Assembly (NCBI GenBank): GCA_902572515.1
Contig: CACGGJ010000004.1
Coordinates: 2,933-66,932 of the forward strand
Length of the DNA: 64,000 nucleotides
DNA from: an uncultured Pelagibacteraceae bacterium
GTDB taxonomy: Bacteria; Pseudomonadota; Alphaproteobacteria; Pelagibacterales; Pelagibacteraceae
Direction of reading: 5' to 3'
The notes beneath the pieces were generated by a model. That model was not told the DNA's origin, did no database searches, and was given only the letters and a program-made list of their open reading frames with translations. A program made the translations under genes and the position numbers. Below, in pieces: positions 1-10,518 of the stretch. How positions within the stretch are numbered: position 1 is the first letter of the stretch; each line of letters begins with the position of its first letter.

Positions 1-855
1 AAAATAAACAAAATGTTAAAACAGGCATTTGGTGAAGATGCAGATCCTGTGATTTTTGGCCCATATAAAAACAAAGTTGATGAGTTTGTTGAGGGTATTT
101 ATATTTTTGTTGTACCTAAAAACCTAAAAAAGTTTAATTTCGATAATGACAATTTTTTTATAACAGATGTTTTTAGTGATAAAGAATACAATAAAGAGAT
201 TGATATATCTACAGATGATTGGCCATTTTTCTATATGTCAAAGAAAGTCTATCCCACTTCATATTTATTGGTAATATTTTTAATATTTATATCTTCTCTT
301 TTAATGATTAAGAAGACTACAAATTTAAAAATGTCCAATTTTTCACCTACATGTTTTTTTCTAGGAGCTGGCTTTATGCTAATGGAAACTAAAGGGATAA
401 CCGAAGTTGCAAAAATATATGGAGGCACATGGATTGTTATAAGTGTAATTATTCTTGTAATTCTGTTTATGGCATTCTTAGCAAATTTATTTATTGTAAA
501 AAAAGTTAAATTAAACGAAATACAAATTTACACACTTTTAGTATTATCAATTATATTTAGTTATTTTTCTGCTGATTTAAAAATAGAAAATTACTCCCTC
601 GCTTTGGCCTTAATACTAAACCCTCTAATATTAACTTTACCAGTATTTTTTTCAGGTTTAGCTTTTTCAACTGAATTAAAAAAAATTAAATCATCCTCTA
701 TAGCTTTGTCTTCTAATATACTCGGAGCATTATTTGGTGGATTGGTGGAGTATAATTCAATGTATTTTGGATTTAAATTTTTATACTTATTGGCTATATT
801 GATTTACATAAGTGCTTTTTTATTTTCTAAATCTAAAATTGCAAAATCAATTTAA
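1..855 (+). CDS. 5'-truncated membrane protein, C-terminal part of a spermidine-synthase-like (fused MFS/SAM-dependent) protein
   Basis: Frame is open from base 1; STDDWPFFY motif followed by multiple TM helices (FFLGAGFMLMETK, SNILGALFGGLVEY). Confidence 0.65.
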   Translation, partial: KINKMLKQAFGEDADPVIFGPYKNKVDEFVEGIYIFVVPKNLKKFNFDNDNFFITDVFSDKEYNKEIDISTDDWPFFYMSKKVYPTSYLLVIFLIFISSLLMIKKTTNLKMSNFSPTCFFLGAGFMLMETKGITEVAKIYGGTWIVISVIILVILFMAFLANLFIVKKVKLNEIQIYTLLVLSIIFSYFSADLKIENYSLALALILNPLILTLPVFFSGLAFSTELKKIKSSSIALSSNILGALFGGLVEYNSMYFGFKFLYLLAILIYISAFLFSKSKIAKSI

Positions 856-874
856 ATAAATTAAATTTTTTTTA

Positions 875-1585
875 ATGCAACTATCGATAGTTATACCTGT
901 TTATAACGAAAAAAATAATATTTCATTGTTGTTGTCTAAGATTAATTCAGCAATAAATAAAATTGAGTACGAGATAATAATTGTGGATGATTCTTCAAAC
1001 GATGGGTCTAAAAAAATTCTTAAAAAATTATCAAAAAAATTTAAAAATTTGAAAGTTATTTTTAGGAATAAAAAAATTAGAGACTTGTCAAAATCCTGTA
1101 GAGATGGTTTTGAAAAATCAAAATCTGATAAAATTTTAGTTATGGATGGTGATTTACAACATAATCCTAAATATATTTTAAGAATGATAAAGATGATGAA
1201 AGATAAAAATTGTGATGTAGTTATAGGTGTTAGGGATCTGATTAATTCAAGAGTAAAAAGTCTCAGTTTTTTTAGACAATCAGCTTCTTTTATCCTAATT
1301 AAATCTCTTAACTTGATTTTTGGAAAAAAAACTATTGATCCAATGAGTGGTTTTTTTTTATTTAAAAAAAAAATTTATACAAAAAATAAAAAATTACTTT
1401 TTTTGAAGGGGTTCAAAATTTTAGCAGACTTAATATATATAGATAAAAATATTTCAGTTAAAGATTTAAAAATTAATTTTGAGTATAGAGTAAAAGGTAA
1501 TAGTAAATTAAATTATAAAATATTAATTTATTTATTACAATTTATAATATTTAGAATATTTCAAAAAACTTACAAATTTTTTTAA
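875..1585 (+). CDS. GT2 glycosyltransferase, polyprenol-phosphate mannose synthase (DPM1)-like
   Basis: IVIPVYNE, VDDSSNDGS, MDGDLQHNP, DPMSGFF motifs. Confidence 0.85.
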   Translation: MQLSIVIPVYNEKNNISLLLSKINSAINKIEYEIIIVDDSSNDGSKKILKKLSKKFKNLKVIFRNKKIRDLSKSCRDGFEKSKSDKILVMDGDLQHNPKYILRMIKMMKDKNCDVVIGVRDLINSRVKSLSFFRQSASFILIKSLNLIFGKKTIDPMSGFFLFKKKIYTKNKKLLFLKGFKILADLIYIDKNISVKDLKINFEYRVKGNSKLNYKILIYLLQFIIFRIFQKTYKFF

Positions 1586-1590
1586 AATTT

Positions 1591-1938
1591 TCACTTAAAT
1601 TGCTTTGGTAACTTATGGTTTCCATCTTCATCTAATTTTAATTCAAATTCATTTTCAACATTTTTAATATCTAAAGTCGAGTATAAGTGTGGATACATGT
1701 CTCCATTTGATGCTTGCTCCCAAAGTAAATGTTCTAGTTTAAATGCATTAACTTTTAATAAAATTAAATTTTCTTTATTTGGATAATGTCTATTAAGAGT
1801 TTCTTGAATTTGCTCTTCCTCTGAAAAGTGAATATATCCATCCTCAATATCTTTTTTAGATCCTCCATATGTTCCTGATTCTTTAGCCTTAAGCCATTCA
1901 TCTTTGTTGATAATTTTAAAAATAAATTCTAAATTCAT
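1591..1938 (-). CDS. DUF952 family protein
   Basis: DGYIHFS and YPHLY motifs. Confidence 0.8.
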   Translation of the reverse strand: MNLEFIFKIINKDEWLKAKESGTYGGSKKDIEDGYIHFSEEEQIQETLNRHYPNKENLILLKVNAFKLEHLLWEQASNGDMYPHLYSTLDIKNVENEFELKLDEDGNHKLPKQFK

Positions 1939-1939
1939 A

Positions 1940-2503
1940 TTACCAAGAAGAATTAGGACCTTTTAAAAATTCTAATTCTTCCTCAGTAGACTCTCTTCCT
2001 AAAATTTCGTTTCTATGAGGATATCTGTGAAATTGCCTTATTACTTTTGTGTGATCTTGCCAAAATTTTTTTATTTCATTGTATCCTTCATGTTCTCTTA
2101 AATATTTATTTAGCAAGTAGTAAGCCATTTCATGGTCACTAATTTCCTCACTATGAATTAAAGGTAACAACATAAAAAATCTTTGATTTACATTCATAGC
2201 TTCTAAATAACCTGAATAAACTGCATCGTTTACAATCAATCTGGTTTTTTGATCTTGAGCAAAAGCCTTTTTATCATTTCTAAACATATTTCTAGAAAAC
2301 TGATCAAATAAAATAACTAGTGCTAAACAACTCATCGGATTATCCTGCCAATCATCATATTCATTTTGACAAGCAAGTTCATAATCTTTTAAAAAATTAT
2401 CTTTAATTTTTTGATCAAACTTTTCATCTTGTTTGAAACGCATCTCGGAAGGAGTTTCTTTAAACCAGAAATCTAAAATTACTTGTGCTATTTCTGGTAT
2501 CAT
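1940..2503 (-). CDS. DUF924 family protein
   Basis: ILDFWF, LFDQFSRNMFR, PLIHSE, FHRYPHRNEILGRESTEEE. Confidence 0.85.
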   Translation of the reverse strand: MIPEIAQVILDFWFKETPSEMRFKQDEKFDQKIKDNFLKDYELACQNEYDDWQDNPMSCLALVILFDQFSRNMFRNDKKAFAQDQKTRLIVNDAVYSGYLEAMNVNQRFFMLLPLIHSEEISDHEMAYYLLNKYLREHEGYNEIKKFWQDHTKVIRQFHRYPHRNEILGRESTEEELEFLKGPNSSW

Positions 2504-3306
2504 TTAGCTAATGGTTTTAATAATTTTAAAATTTTTTTATGATTAACTTTATTATTTGAAACAACAATATTACCTCCAACCACTGGATTTTTGTTACCCC
2601 AGGTGGTTACTATGGCTCCACTTGCTCTTACGATTGGCATTATCGGATGAATATCCCAAATCTTATTTGCACATTGTGCAACCATTTCAAGTCTACCTTC
2701 TGCTAATTGACAATAAGTCAATGCATCAAAACAAGGAAACTGCATTCTGTTTATAAATTTTTTAATTTTAGATTGCTGTTTTAAAGTTAATTGATTGTGA
2801 AATGCAGCTGCCAATTTTGCATTTGTAAAATTTAATTTTGAGTTAACTTTAAGTTTTCTTTTTTTATTATTTTCAAAAACATATGCAGAATTTTTATTTG
2901 TATTTAAATAATATTTTCTCATTTTAGGAAAATTTGCTAATCCTAAAATTGGTTCTCCATTATAATTTAATGAAATGAGATTGCTCCAACTAGGGTTGCC
3001 AACAACGTATGATCTAGTTCCATCAATTGGATCAATTATCCATGAAAATTCACTCCTTGTATTTTTATGACCATATTCTTCTCCTATAATTTGGTGATTT
3101 GGAAATTTTTTTGAAATTTTAGATCTTATAAATTTTTCAAATGCTTTATCAGATGTGGTTACTGGGTCGTAACCTTTGCCTTTCATCTTGTTGGTTATCT
3201 TAAATGGCTTATCTAACTTGGCGTAATAAAACTTGGTTAAATCTTTAGCAAGTTGATTTAAAAAGCTTGCATATATTGGATATTTTTTTGTATCAAATTT
3301 TTTCAC
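2500..3306 (-). CDS. Inositol monophosphatase family protein (histidinol-phosphate phosphatase HisN-like)
   Basis: DPVTTSD, IIGEEYG, WIIDPIDGT, WD motifs; GTG start. Confidence 0.8.
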   Translation of the reverse strand: MKKFDTKKYPIYASFLNQLAKDLTKFYYAKLDKPFKITNKMKGKGYDPVTTSDKAFEKFIRSKISKKFPNHQIIGEEYGHKNTRSEFSWIIDPIDGTRSYVVGNPSWSNLISLNYNGEPILGLANFPKMRKYYLNTNKNSAYVFENNKKRKLKVNSKLNFTNAKLAAAFHNQLTLKQQSKIKKFINRMQFPCFDALTYCQLAEGRLEMVAQCANKIWDIHPIMPIVRASGAIVTTWGNKNPVVGGNIVVSNNKVNHKKILKLLKPLAK

Positions 3307-3373
3307 AAAGAATTCTTACTATTTAATTTATGTTGATTAAAGTTAAATTTTAAATAATCCTTGGTTTACAATT

Positions 3374-4477
3374 ATGAAAATCGAACTAATTGAAAATAAG
3401 GTATATTTTAATAATGGGTCTGAGAAAAAAGAAATTCACCCATTCTGGCTGAGAGAAAGAGTAAATGGTGAAGAATATTTAGATAAAGGAACTCAGCAAA
3501 GACTTTTTGATCCTACATTCTTAAATAAGGATGTTTCAATAAATAAAGCAAATCTTAACGAAAAATACTTAGAAATTGATTTTAATGATGGTGTTAATTC
3601 AAAACTAGAAATTGATAAAATTGCTTCAGAATTTTCTAAAGAAGACATTGTAATTAGATCTATTGAAAAAACTAAATGGGATGCAACTTTAAAAAATATA
3701 AAAAATTTTGAATACCAAGAAAATTTTTACGAGAGTAAAGAGATGCATGATCTACTTGTTTCTTTTTACAAATATGGATTTGTTATAGTTAAAAATATTC
3801 CAACATCAAAAAATTATATTGTGCAATTTGCAAATTCTATAGGAAGTGTTCGAAGAACAAATTTTGGTGAATATTTTGACGTAAAATCTAAACCAGATCC
3901 AAACGATCTTGCTTATACATCATTAGCTTTAGCACCTCATACAGATAATCCTTATAGAAATCCTGTTCCATGTATTCAGCTTTTACATTGTATAGAAAGT
4001 AAAGTATCAGGAGGATTATCAACTTTAGTAGATGGTTATACGGTTACTGAAGATTTAAAAAACCAAAATCCAGAATTTTATAAAATTTTAACTGAAGTAA
4101 AAGTTAGATTTAGATTCGTAGATAAAGATGTGATTTTAGAAACAATCTCCCCTTTGATTGAATTAAATGAAGATAAAAGTTTCAAACAGGTAAGATTTAG
4201 TCCTAGACTAGACTATGTTCCAATTTTAGAAAAAGAAAAATTAGATCTTTACTATCAAGCAAGGAAAAAAATATCTGAAATGTATAATTCAGATAAATAC
4301 AGAATTGAATTTAAACTTGAACAAAAAGACTTAATGATGATGGATAATCATAGACTTCTCCATGGGAGGACAGCTTATGAGACAAAAGAAGGTAATAGAT
4401 TTTTACAAGGTTGTTATATTGATTACGACAGTACTGAAGGAAAACTTAGACACTTAAAAAGAAAGTTTAATCTTTAA
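3374..4477 (+). CDS. TauD-family 2OG-Fe(II) dioxygenase, gamma-butyrobetaine/trimethyllysine hydroxylase-like
   Basis: HPFWLRE N-terminal domain, LAYT..LAPHTDNPY (HxD), DNHRLLHGR, RFLQGCY. Confidence 0.8.
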   Translation: MKIELIENKVYFNNGSEKKEIHPFWLRERVNGEEYLDKGTQQRLFDPTFLNKDVSINKANLNEKYLEIDFNDGVNSKLEIDKIASEFSKEDIVIRSIEKTKWDATLKNIKNFEYQENFYESKEMHDLLVSFYKYGFVIVKNIPTSKNYIVQFANSIGSVRRTNFGEYFDVKSKPDPNDLAYTSLALAPHTDNPYRNPVPCIQLLHCIESKVSGGLSTLVDGYTVTEDLKNQNPEFYKILTEVKVRFRFVDKDVILETISPLIELNEDKSFKQVRFSPRLDYVPILEKEKLDLYYQARKKISEMYNSDKYRIEFKLEQKDLMMMDNHRLLHGRTAYETKEGNRFLQGCYIDYDSTEGKLRHLKRKFNL

Positions 4478-5054
4478 ACAAATTTTCTATTTGCGCTTCA
4501 GCCTCTTTAATTGATTTTTCATAATCTAATGCCATTTGATCTGCACTTATTATATCTACTTTTTCAATACCAAAAAAATTAAGAATAAATTTTAACCAAG
4601 GAGTTAAAAAATCTTCTGAACTATTTAGTTTTGTTCCTCCAGAAGTAATAACAAGATACGCATGTTTATTTTTTAACAACCCTTCTCTTCTGCCATTAGG
4701 TTTAAATCTAAAGGTTTCACCTATACGAGCAGCTAAATCCGACCAAGCTTTAAGAGTTGCTGGTGGTCCATAATTATAAATTGGTGCTGAAATTATAACG
4801 ACATCACTCTCTTTTAATTCTTTTACAAGCTTGTCAGAAAGCTGAAACATTTTTTTATGTTCTTCTGTTTGGTCTTTTTCATCAATATTCATTCCAGATT
4901 CTGTAAGCCCACTTACAAAAAGCATCTCATCATCTAAATCTCTATAAATTACTTCATCTTCAGGTTTTTTAATTTTATCTAAAAGTTTTTTGGCTAAAGC
5001 CCTTGAGGTAGAGCCTTTTTTTCTAGCACTAGAATCTATTTGATAAATTTTCAT
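4467..5054 (-). CDS. azoR: FMN-dependent NADH-azoreductase
   Basis: IDSSAR..STSR, APIYNYGPPATLKAWSD, GETFRF, TSGG. Confidence 0.8.
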   Translation of the reverse strand: MKIYQIDSSARKKGSTSRALAKKLLDKIKKPEDEVIYRDLDDEMLFVSGLTESGMNIDEKDQTEEHKKMFQLSDKLVKELKESDVVIISAPIYNYGPPATLKAWSDLAARIGETFRFKPNGRREGLLKNKHAYLVITSGGTKLNSSEDFLTPWLKFILNFFGIEKVDIISADQMALDYEKSIKEAEAQIENLFKD

Positions 5055-5062
5055 TATTACTT

Positions 5063-5770
5063 TTAACCAAATTTTTGCATAAAAGGAAAGATTTCAATTA
5101 TATAAAATCCTATTGCTTGTAATTGATTGGTTAAAATCAAAATACCTGTAACTAAAAGGGTTATGCCACCAATTTTTGAAATTAAATTTATGTTTTTCTT
5201 AAAATTTTTAGAAAATAATAAAAATCTTTGAATTAAGTATCCAGATAAAACAAACGGAATAGCAAGACCTAATGAATACGAAATTAACAAAATTACTGCT
5301 CTTGATAAAGTTTCTTCAATAGATGCTAAAGCTAAAATTGAACCTAAAATTGGACCTATACATGGTGTCCAACCAAAACCAAAAGCGATACCAATCACAT
5401 ATGGAAAAAGAATATTTCTTGATTCTTTTGCATCAAATCTTTTTTCAAAATTTAAATATGGAATATTAATTATTCCAATTAATTGAAGAGAAAAAATTAT
5501 GATTACTATACCAGCTAAAATTCTTAACACTTCTGAATTTTGTAGTAATGCCTGCCCCAAAAATGATGCAGAAGCCCCTAAAATAACAAAAACAGTTGAG
5601 AACCCTAAACAAAATAAAATTAATGGAAAAAAATTAATTTTTTTTTGGTTTAGAATTTCTTTCAAAGATTGACCTGAGATATAAGAAATATATCCAGGAA
5701 TTAAAGGTAGAACACATGGAGACAAAAAACTTATAAGCCCTGCTCCAAAAGCAATTAAGTATTCAAACAT
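5063..5770 (-). CDS. ccdA: Cytochrome c biogenesis protein CcdA
   Basis: SFLSPCVLPLIP and GWTPCIGPIL motifs. Confidence 0.9.
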   Translation of the reverse strand: MFEYLIAFGAGLISFLSPCVLPLIPGYISYISGQSLKEILNQKKINFFPLILFCLGFSTVFVILGASASFLGQALLQNSEVLRILAGIVIIIFSLQLIGIINIPYLNFEKRFDAKESRNILFPYVIGIAFGFGWTPCIGPILGSILALASIEETLSRAVILLISYSLGLAIPFVLSGYLIQRFLLFSKNFKKNINLISKIGGITLLVTGILILTNQLQAIGFYIIEIFPFMQKFG

Positions 5771-8461
5771 TTATCCAGTATTTTTCATTGCTGCAGAAAT
5801 ACCTGCAATCGATGTCATTAAAGCATCTTCCAGAAATTTTTTATCTAAATTTTTATTTTTTTTATTTGTTAATTTATTCATTACATTCGCTTGCAGTATA
5901 TTTAGCATCTCTGTATAGTTATTTCTTATAAATAAAGTCTTTCTAAATTCTTTTCTTTCTTTTACCACTTCTTTTGGAGTGATTTTATTATGCAATTTGA
6001 CCAGTGCTTCAAATTGAAATCTTAATTTTTTGCCAATTCTCTTTAATGAGGCGTCAGCTAAATTATTTTCATAAATAACTGATATTTCAGGATCTACCTT
6101 GGAAATTACCATGTCTAAAATATCCATGGTTGATACAAAGTATGGCCAATTTCTTTCCATGTCAGTCAATGTTCTTTTAAACTTTTTGATTGAACCATAT
6201 CTCAATGCTTCAGTTGTACCAAGCCAAGCAGGTAACATTAATCTAATTTGTGTCCAAGCAAATACCCAAGGGATAGCTCTTAAACTTTGAATATTATCAA
6301 CATTCTTTCTTTTGGTTGGTCTTGATCCAATTGCAAGCTTTCCAAGTGATTTATGTGGGGTAACCGTTTTGAAATAACGAATAAAATCCTGACTTTGATT
6401 TAGATATTTTCTATATGAAGATGTAGAAATTTCTGACATTTTTTGAATTAATTCACGCCAATTAGTTTTTGATCTTGGTGGAGGATTTAAAGAAGCATCC
6501 ATTACTGCACCTATATAGCTACATAAATTATACTCAGCTAAAGGTTTGTAACCGTATTTCTGTTGAATTACCTCTCCTTGATCAGTAATTCTAATTTTTC
6601 CATTAACTGTACCAGAAGGTTGTGATTTTAGAGTAGCCTGGATTGGACCACCTCCTCTTCCTGGAGATCCACCTCTACCATGGAAGAAAACAAGATCTAT
6701 TTTATATTTTTTAGCTAAATTTCTTAGCTCTTCTTGAAGTTTGTATTGATGCCAACTCGCAGATAATTTTCCAGCATCTTTACTAGAATCTGAATATCCA
6801 ATCATTACTTCTTGTTTTGATTTAATCATTTTTCTATACCAAGAAAGTTTGAATAAATTTGTCATAACACCGTTGGCATTTTTTAAATCATCTAGAGTTT
6901 CAAAAAGCGGTACAACTCTTAATAAATTTTTTGTTTGTGCCTGCATTTGTAAAAAATAAACAGATAAAATATCAGATGCAGTGGACGTCATCGATATTAC
7001 ATAAGCACCAAGACATTGAGTTGGCTCTTTAGCAATTTCTTTAAAAGTATTCCATACTTCTTTGTTTTCTTTATCTCGAACATTTATTTTATCTACAAAA
7101 GATTTTCCTTGTTTAATATTTTTATTTAAAAGTTTTATTTTTTCACCTTCACTTAGAGAGGAATAATTAATTTTATTTTTCTTTTTAAAGATCTCATTTA
7201 AAAGTTTTTCATGTCGATCAGACTCTTGTCTAATATCTAATCTTGCAAGATTTATTCCAAAACATCTAACTCTTCTAATTAAATCAAGTAAATCAGCATT
7301 TGCAATATGTTGGCCTTTGTTTTGATTCAGAGAACTTCTTACTTCTCTCAAAGGGTTAATAATTTCATATTTATCTTGGAGTAATTTTTTTTCATCTAAA
7401 GGTTTGTTAAAGTTTATGTGTGCTTCTATTAATTGATGAGTATTTCTTACTTTGTCTCTTAGTGGTCTTAAATAAACTCTATATGGTTCAAAACTTTTTC
7501 CAGTAACTCTTCTGATTGTAGGAGAGCATTCCTCCATAGATAAATCTTGAATTAATTGAGTAAGTTCTTTCTCGTACAATTTTGCAGCTTGCCATCTAGA
7601 AAATAAAATTACTTTCTTAGTTACTTCAGAAGTTACATTTGGATTTCCATCTCTATCTCCACCCATCCATGAACCAAATTGAATGGGATTAAAATCTCTA
7701 GGCAAGTCTTTGTTTAAATTTTTTCTAAAGATATCATTCAATCTTTTATAAACCTTAGGAATAGTATCCCACAAACTATCTTCAATTACAGCCAGTCCCC
7801 ATTTTGCTTCATCCAACGGAGAAGGTTTGGTTCTTTTTAGCTCATCTGTTTTCCAAATTATTGCTATTTCTGAATATAGTTTTCTATCTAATTCTATGAT
7901 TTTTGATGGGTATTTTTTATAGAGATGTCTTTGCTCCATAATCGTTATCAAATTTGCATATTTTTGAATTAAAGTTCTTCTTTTAACTTCTGTTGGATGA
8001 GCGGTAAGAACTATCCCGATATCTAGCTTGGTAGCTAAATCATAAATTTTATTATTTGAAATTTTTTTATTTTTAAAAAGACTCTCAATTATATCTTCTA
8101 TAAATAAATTTTGACTTTTGCTTTTAAAATAAGGATTTTCATACTCATTTAGTTTTCTAGATGCATCTAAAGACTCGGCCAAATTCATCAAATTAAGAAT
8201 ATGTGAAAAAGCTCGCGTGATTTTAAAAGTTTTTTCTGGCGAAAGTTTTTTTACTTCTTTTGATATTTTTGAAAAAATTTTACTTTTATTTTTATCTAAT
8301 AATGTGTTTTTTGAAAGTAATCTTAATTTTTCAACAATATTAAAAAAAGCTGGTCCTTCTTGATCTTTAATTACTCTTCCTAAGAATGTTCCTAATAATC
8401 TAATATCTTCTCTTAAAAGCTTTGTAGGTATTCGCTCATAGTAAAGATCTCTTTTCTTCAT
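5771..8461 (-). CDS. ppc: Phosphoenolpyruvate carboxylase
   Basis: VLTAHPTE, SWMGGDRDGNP, QEVMIGYSDSSKDAG, FHGRGGSPGRGG, LRAIPWVF, C-terminal MKNTG. Confidence 0.97.
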   Translation of the reverse strand: MKKRDLYYERIPTKLLREDIRLLGTFLGRVIKDQEGPAFFNIVEKLRLLSKNTLLDKNKSKIFSKISKEVKKLSPEKTFKITRAFSHILNLMNLAESLDASRKLNEYENPYFKSKSQNLFIEDIIESLFKNKKISNNKIYDLATKLDIGIVLTAHPTEVKRRTLIQKYANLITIMEQRHLYKKYPSKIIELDRKLYSEIAIIWKTDELKRTKPSPLDEAKWGLAVIEDSLWDTIPKVYKRLNDIFRKNLNKDLPRDFNPIQFGSWMGGDRDGNPNVTSEVTKKVILFSRWQAAKLYEKELTQLIQDLSMEECSPTIRRVTGKSFEPYRVYLRPLRDKVRNTHQLIEAHINFNKPLDEKKLLQDKYEIINPLREVRSSLNQNKGQHIANADLLDLIRRVRCFGINLARLDIRQESDRHEKLLNEIFKKKNKINYSSLSEGEKIKLLNKNIKQGKSFVDKINVRDKENKEVWNTFKEIAKEPTQCLGAYVISMTSTASDILSVYFLQMQAQTKNLLRVVPLFETLDDLKNANGVMTNLFKLSWYRKMIKSKQEVMIGYSDSSKDAGKLSASWHQYKLQEELRNLAKKYKIDLVFFHGRGGSPGRGGGPIQATLKSQPSGTVNGKIRITDQGEVIQQKYGYKPLAEYNLCSYIGAVMDASLNPPPRSKTNWRELIQKMSEISTSSYRKYLNQSQDFIRYFKTVTPHKSLGKLAIGSRPTKRKNVDNIQSLRAIPWVFAWTQIRLMLPAWLGTTEALRYGSIKKFKRTLTDMERNWPYFVSTMDILDMVISKVDPEISVIYENNLADASLKRIGKKLRFQFEALVKLHNKITPKEVVKERKEFRKTLFIRNNYTEMLNILQANVMNKLTNKKNKNLDKKFLEDALMTSIAGISAAMKNTG

Positions 8462-9347
8462 TACTTAATATAAATTTTTTTTGTAAAACTCCTCTTATGT
8501 TTGTTTTTACACTAAAAAAGAATCCTGAATATCTAAATTTTCGCAAATCTGCTTTGCTCATACCTTTAGTTGCTGTCGAAACGTAAAGTTCTTTGGTATT
8601 TTTGTCTCCAAATGCACAATTGGTTATATTTTTTGCAGGAAACTGAATTCTGTGAATTAATTTTGCTTTTTGATTAAAAACAGAAATACAAGCACCATGG
8701 AAATGTGCTACCCATAAATTTTTATTATTATCTAAAGTCATGCCGTCAGGTACACCATCTTTGATTGAGAATTTTTTAAATATTTTTTTACTAATAATTT
8801 TATTATTTTTGTTTATTTTGATTTTATAAATATTTTTTTTTGCGCTATCAGTGTGATAAAAATTATACTGATCGATAAATGCTGGGCCATTAGTAATTCT
8901 ATAATTTTTATCAACTTTTGTTAATTTAAAATTTTTATCTAATTTATATAATGAACCTTTTTCAATTTTTCTTTCCAAGTTGTCCATGGTGCCAAACCAA
9001 AGATTTCCAGCAGGATCAGTTTTTCCATCATTAATTCTATTTAGTTTCAAATTTGGTTCTATCTTTATTGATTTTAAAATTTTTTTTGATTTTAAATTTT
9101 GTATTCTTAATTCTCCCTGGAGACCTAAAATAAAAATATGATCTTTGATATGAGCGATGAAACCAATTTCTTTATTTACTTTAAATATTTTCTTTTTTTT
9201 ATTTTTAATATTGAAAGAGCAAATTTTCTTTTTTTTAATATCTACAAAATAAATTGAGTTATGTTCACTAACCCATAATGTTCCTTCACCTAAAGTACAT
9301 CTTATCTTCCAGAGAGGTTTTGGTTCGGATGTTTTTATTTTATTCAT
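8436..9347 (-). CDS. SMP-30/gluconolactonase family sugar lactonase
   Basis: LGEG, RINDGKTDPAG, TNGPAF, PDGMTLD, TNCAFG. Confidence 0.88.
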   Translation of the reverse strand: MNKIKTSEPKPLWKIRCTLGEGTLWVSEHNSIYFVDIKKKKICSFNIKNKKKKIFKVNKEIGFIAHIKDHIFILGLQGELRIQNLKSKKILKSIKIEPNLKLNRINDGKTDPAGNLWFGTMDNLERKIEKGSLYKLDKNFKLTKVDKNYRITNGPAFIDQYNFYHTDSAKKNIYKIKINKNNKIISKKIFKKFSIKDGVPDGMTLDNNKNLWVAHFHGACISVFNQKAKLIHRIQFPAKNITNCAFGDKNTKELYVSTATKGMSKADLRKFRYSGFFFSVKTNIRGVLQKKFILSNEEKRSLL

Positions 9348-10512
9348 TTACCTCAAATTCCTTCATAAAATTTTCATCAGGATTAATACCAATACCTATA
9401 TTATCAGTTACTGATGCAAAACCATTATTGTTTTTAACTTGGTCTAAAATTGAAAATTCTTCCTTTGGTAAATCTGTTATAAAAATATTTTTTTCTGTTG
9501 TGTCAAACTCGAGCATTGATTTTGATGGAAATAACCCACCTGGCATATCCGGTTGTGCTGTCAACAAATGAAGGTTAACCGCAATACTAACTGCAGAACC
9601 CCATACATGATTAATTACTGGTATAAAATTTGCTTGCGCTAATGCTGCAACTTTTAAATACTCCGTAATTCCGCCAAGTCCACAAACCTCTGGTTGAGCT
9701 ATATCAATACATTTATTTAATATTAATTTTTTCCAGCCATATTTGGTAAATTCAGCTTCTCCCCCTGCAATACTAGTAGAAATTTTTTGTTTTAATTCTC
9801 TGTAACCCTCATAATCTTCAGGAGCAACAGGTTCTTCAAACCAGTAAATATCTAATTCATCTAAACCTTTTCCAACATAAAGAGCATCTTTCAAATTATA
9901 AGCGTGGTTGGCATCTACCATTAATTTAAAATCTTTTCCAACAGTGTCTCTTACAGCTTGAACCAACTTTAAATCTTCTTTTGGACCTAATCCAACTTTC
10001 ATTTTCGTGGCTTTAAAATTTTTTGATTTTATTTGCTTAGACTCTTCTTTGAACAAGGCGATCAATTCATCAACTGATTTTTTTTGTAACATCATTCCAT
10101 ATCCATACACCGGAACTTCATTATTACATTTGCCACCGACAAGTTGGTAAAGAGGAGCATTTGTTTTCTTTCCAAGAATATCCCATAAAGCAATATCCAC
10201 TCCTGATAATGCTTGAATTGGCATGCCTTTTTGACCGCTATCTCTTAAAAGATTATAAACTTTCTGCCAGATATGTTCTTTGTTTAAAGGATCTTCACCA
10301 ATTACTAAAGGTTGTATAACCTTTTCAACAATAAACTTGTTCGCTAAAGCTATATTTCCAGGACCAAAACATTCACCCCAACCTGTTATTCCTTCGTCTG
10401 TTTGAACTTCAACAAGATGGGCTGTACGATGTTTGTAATATTGCTGTGAGTAACCAAGTTCTTTTTCTAACTCATATCTAAGTACATGACTTTTAATAGA
10501 AGTTATTTTCAC
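9340..10512 (-). CDS. Mandelate racemase/MLE (enolase superfamily) enzyme, D-galactarolactone cycloisomerase-like
   Basis: TDEGITGWGECFG, KMKVG, MVDANHAY, WFEEP, GGEAE, HVWG, LEFDTTE; specific substrate is inference. Confidence 0.75.
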   Translation of the reverse strand: MKITSIKSHVLRYELEKELGYSQQYYKHRTAHLVEVQTDEGITGWGECFGPGNIALANKFIVEKVIQPLVIGEDPLNKEHIWQKVYNLLRDSGQKGMPIQALSGVDIALWDILGKKTNAPLYQLVGGKCNNEVPVYGYGMMLQKKSVDELIALFKEESKQIKSKNFKATKMKVGLGPKEDLKLVQAVRDTVGKDFKLMVDANHAYNLKDALYVGKGLDELDIYWFEEPVAPEDYEGYRELKQKISTSIAGGEAEFTKYGWKKLILNKCIDIAQPEVCGLGGITEYLKVAALAQANFIPVINHVWGSAVSIAVNLHLLTAQPDMPGGLFPSKSMLEFDTTEKNIFITDLPKEEFSILDQVKNNNGFASVTDNIGIGINPDENFMKEFEVNE

Positions 10513-10518
10513 AATTAA

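Noticed and set aside
1-1585. Edge of a hypervariable glycosylation island
   Set aside because: The GT2 gene and very AT-rich look are suggestive, but two genes at the window edge with no boundary signal are insufficient.
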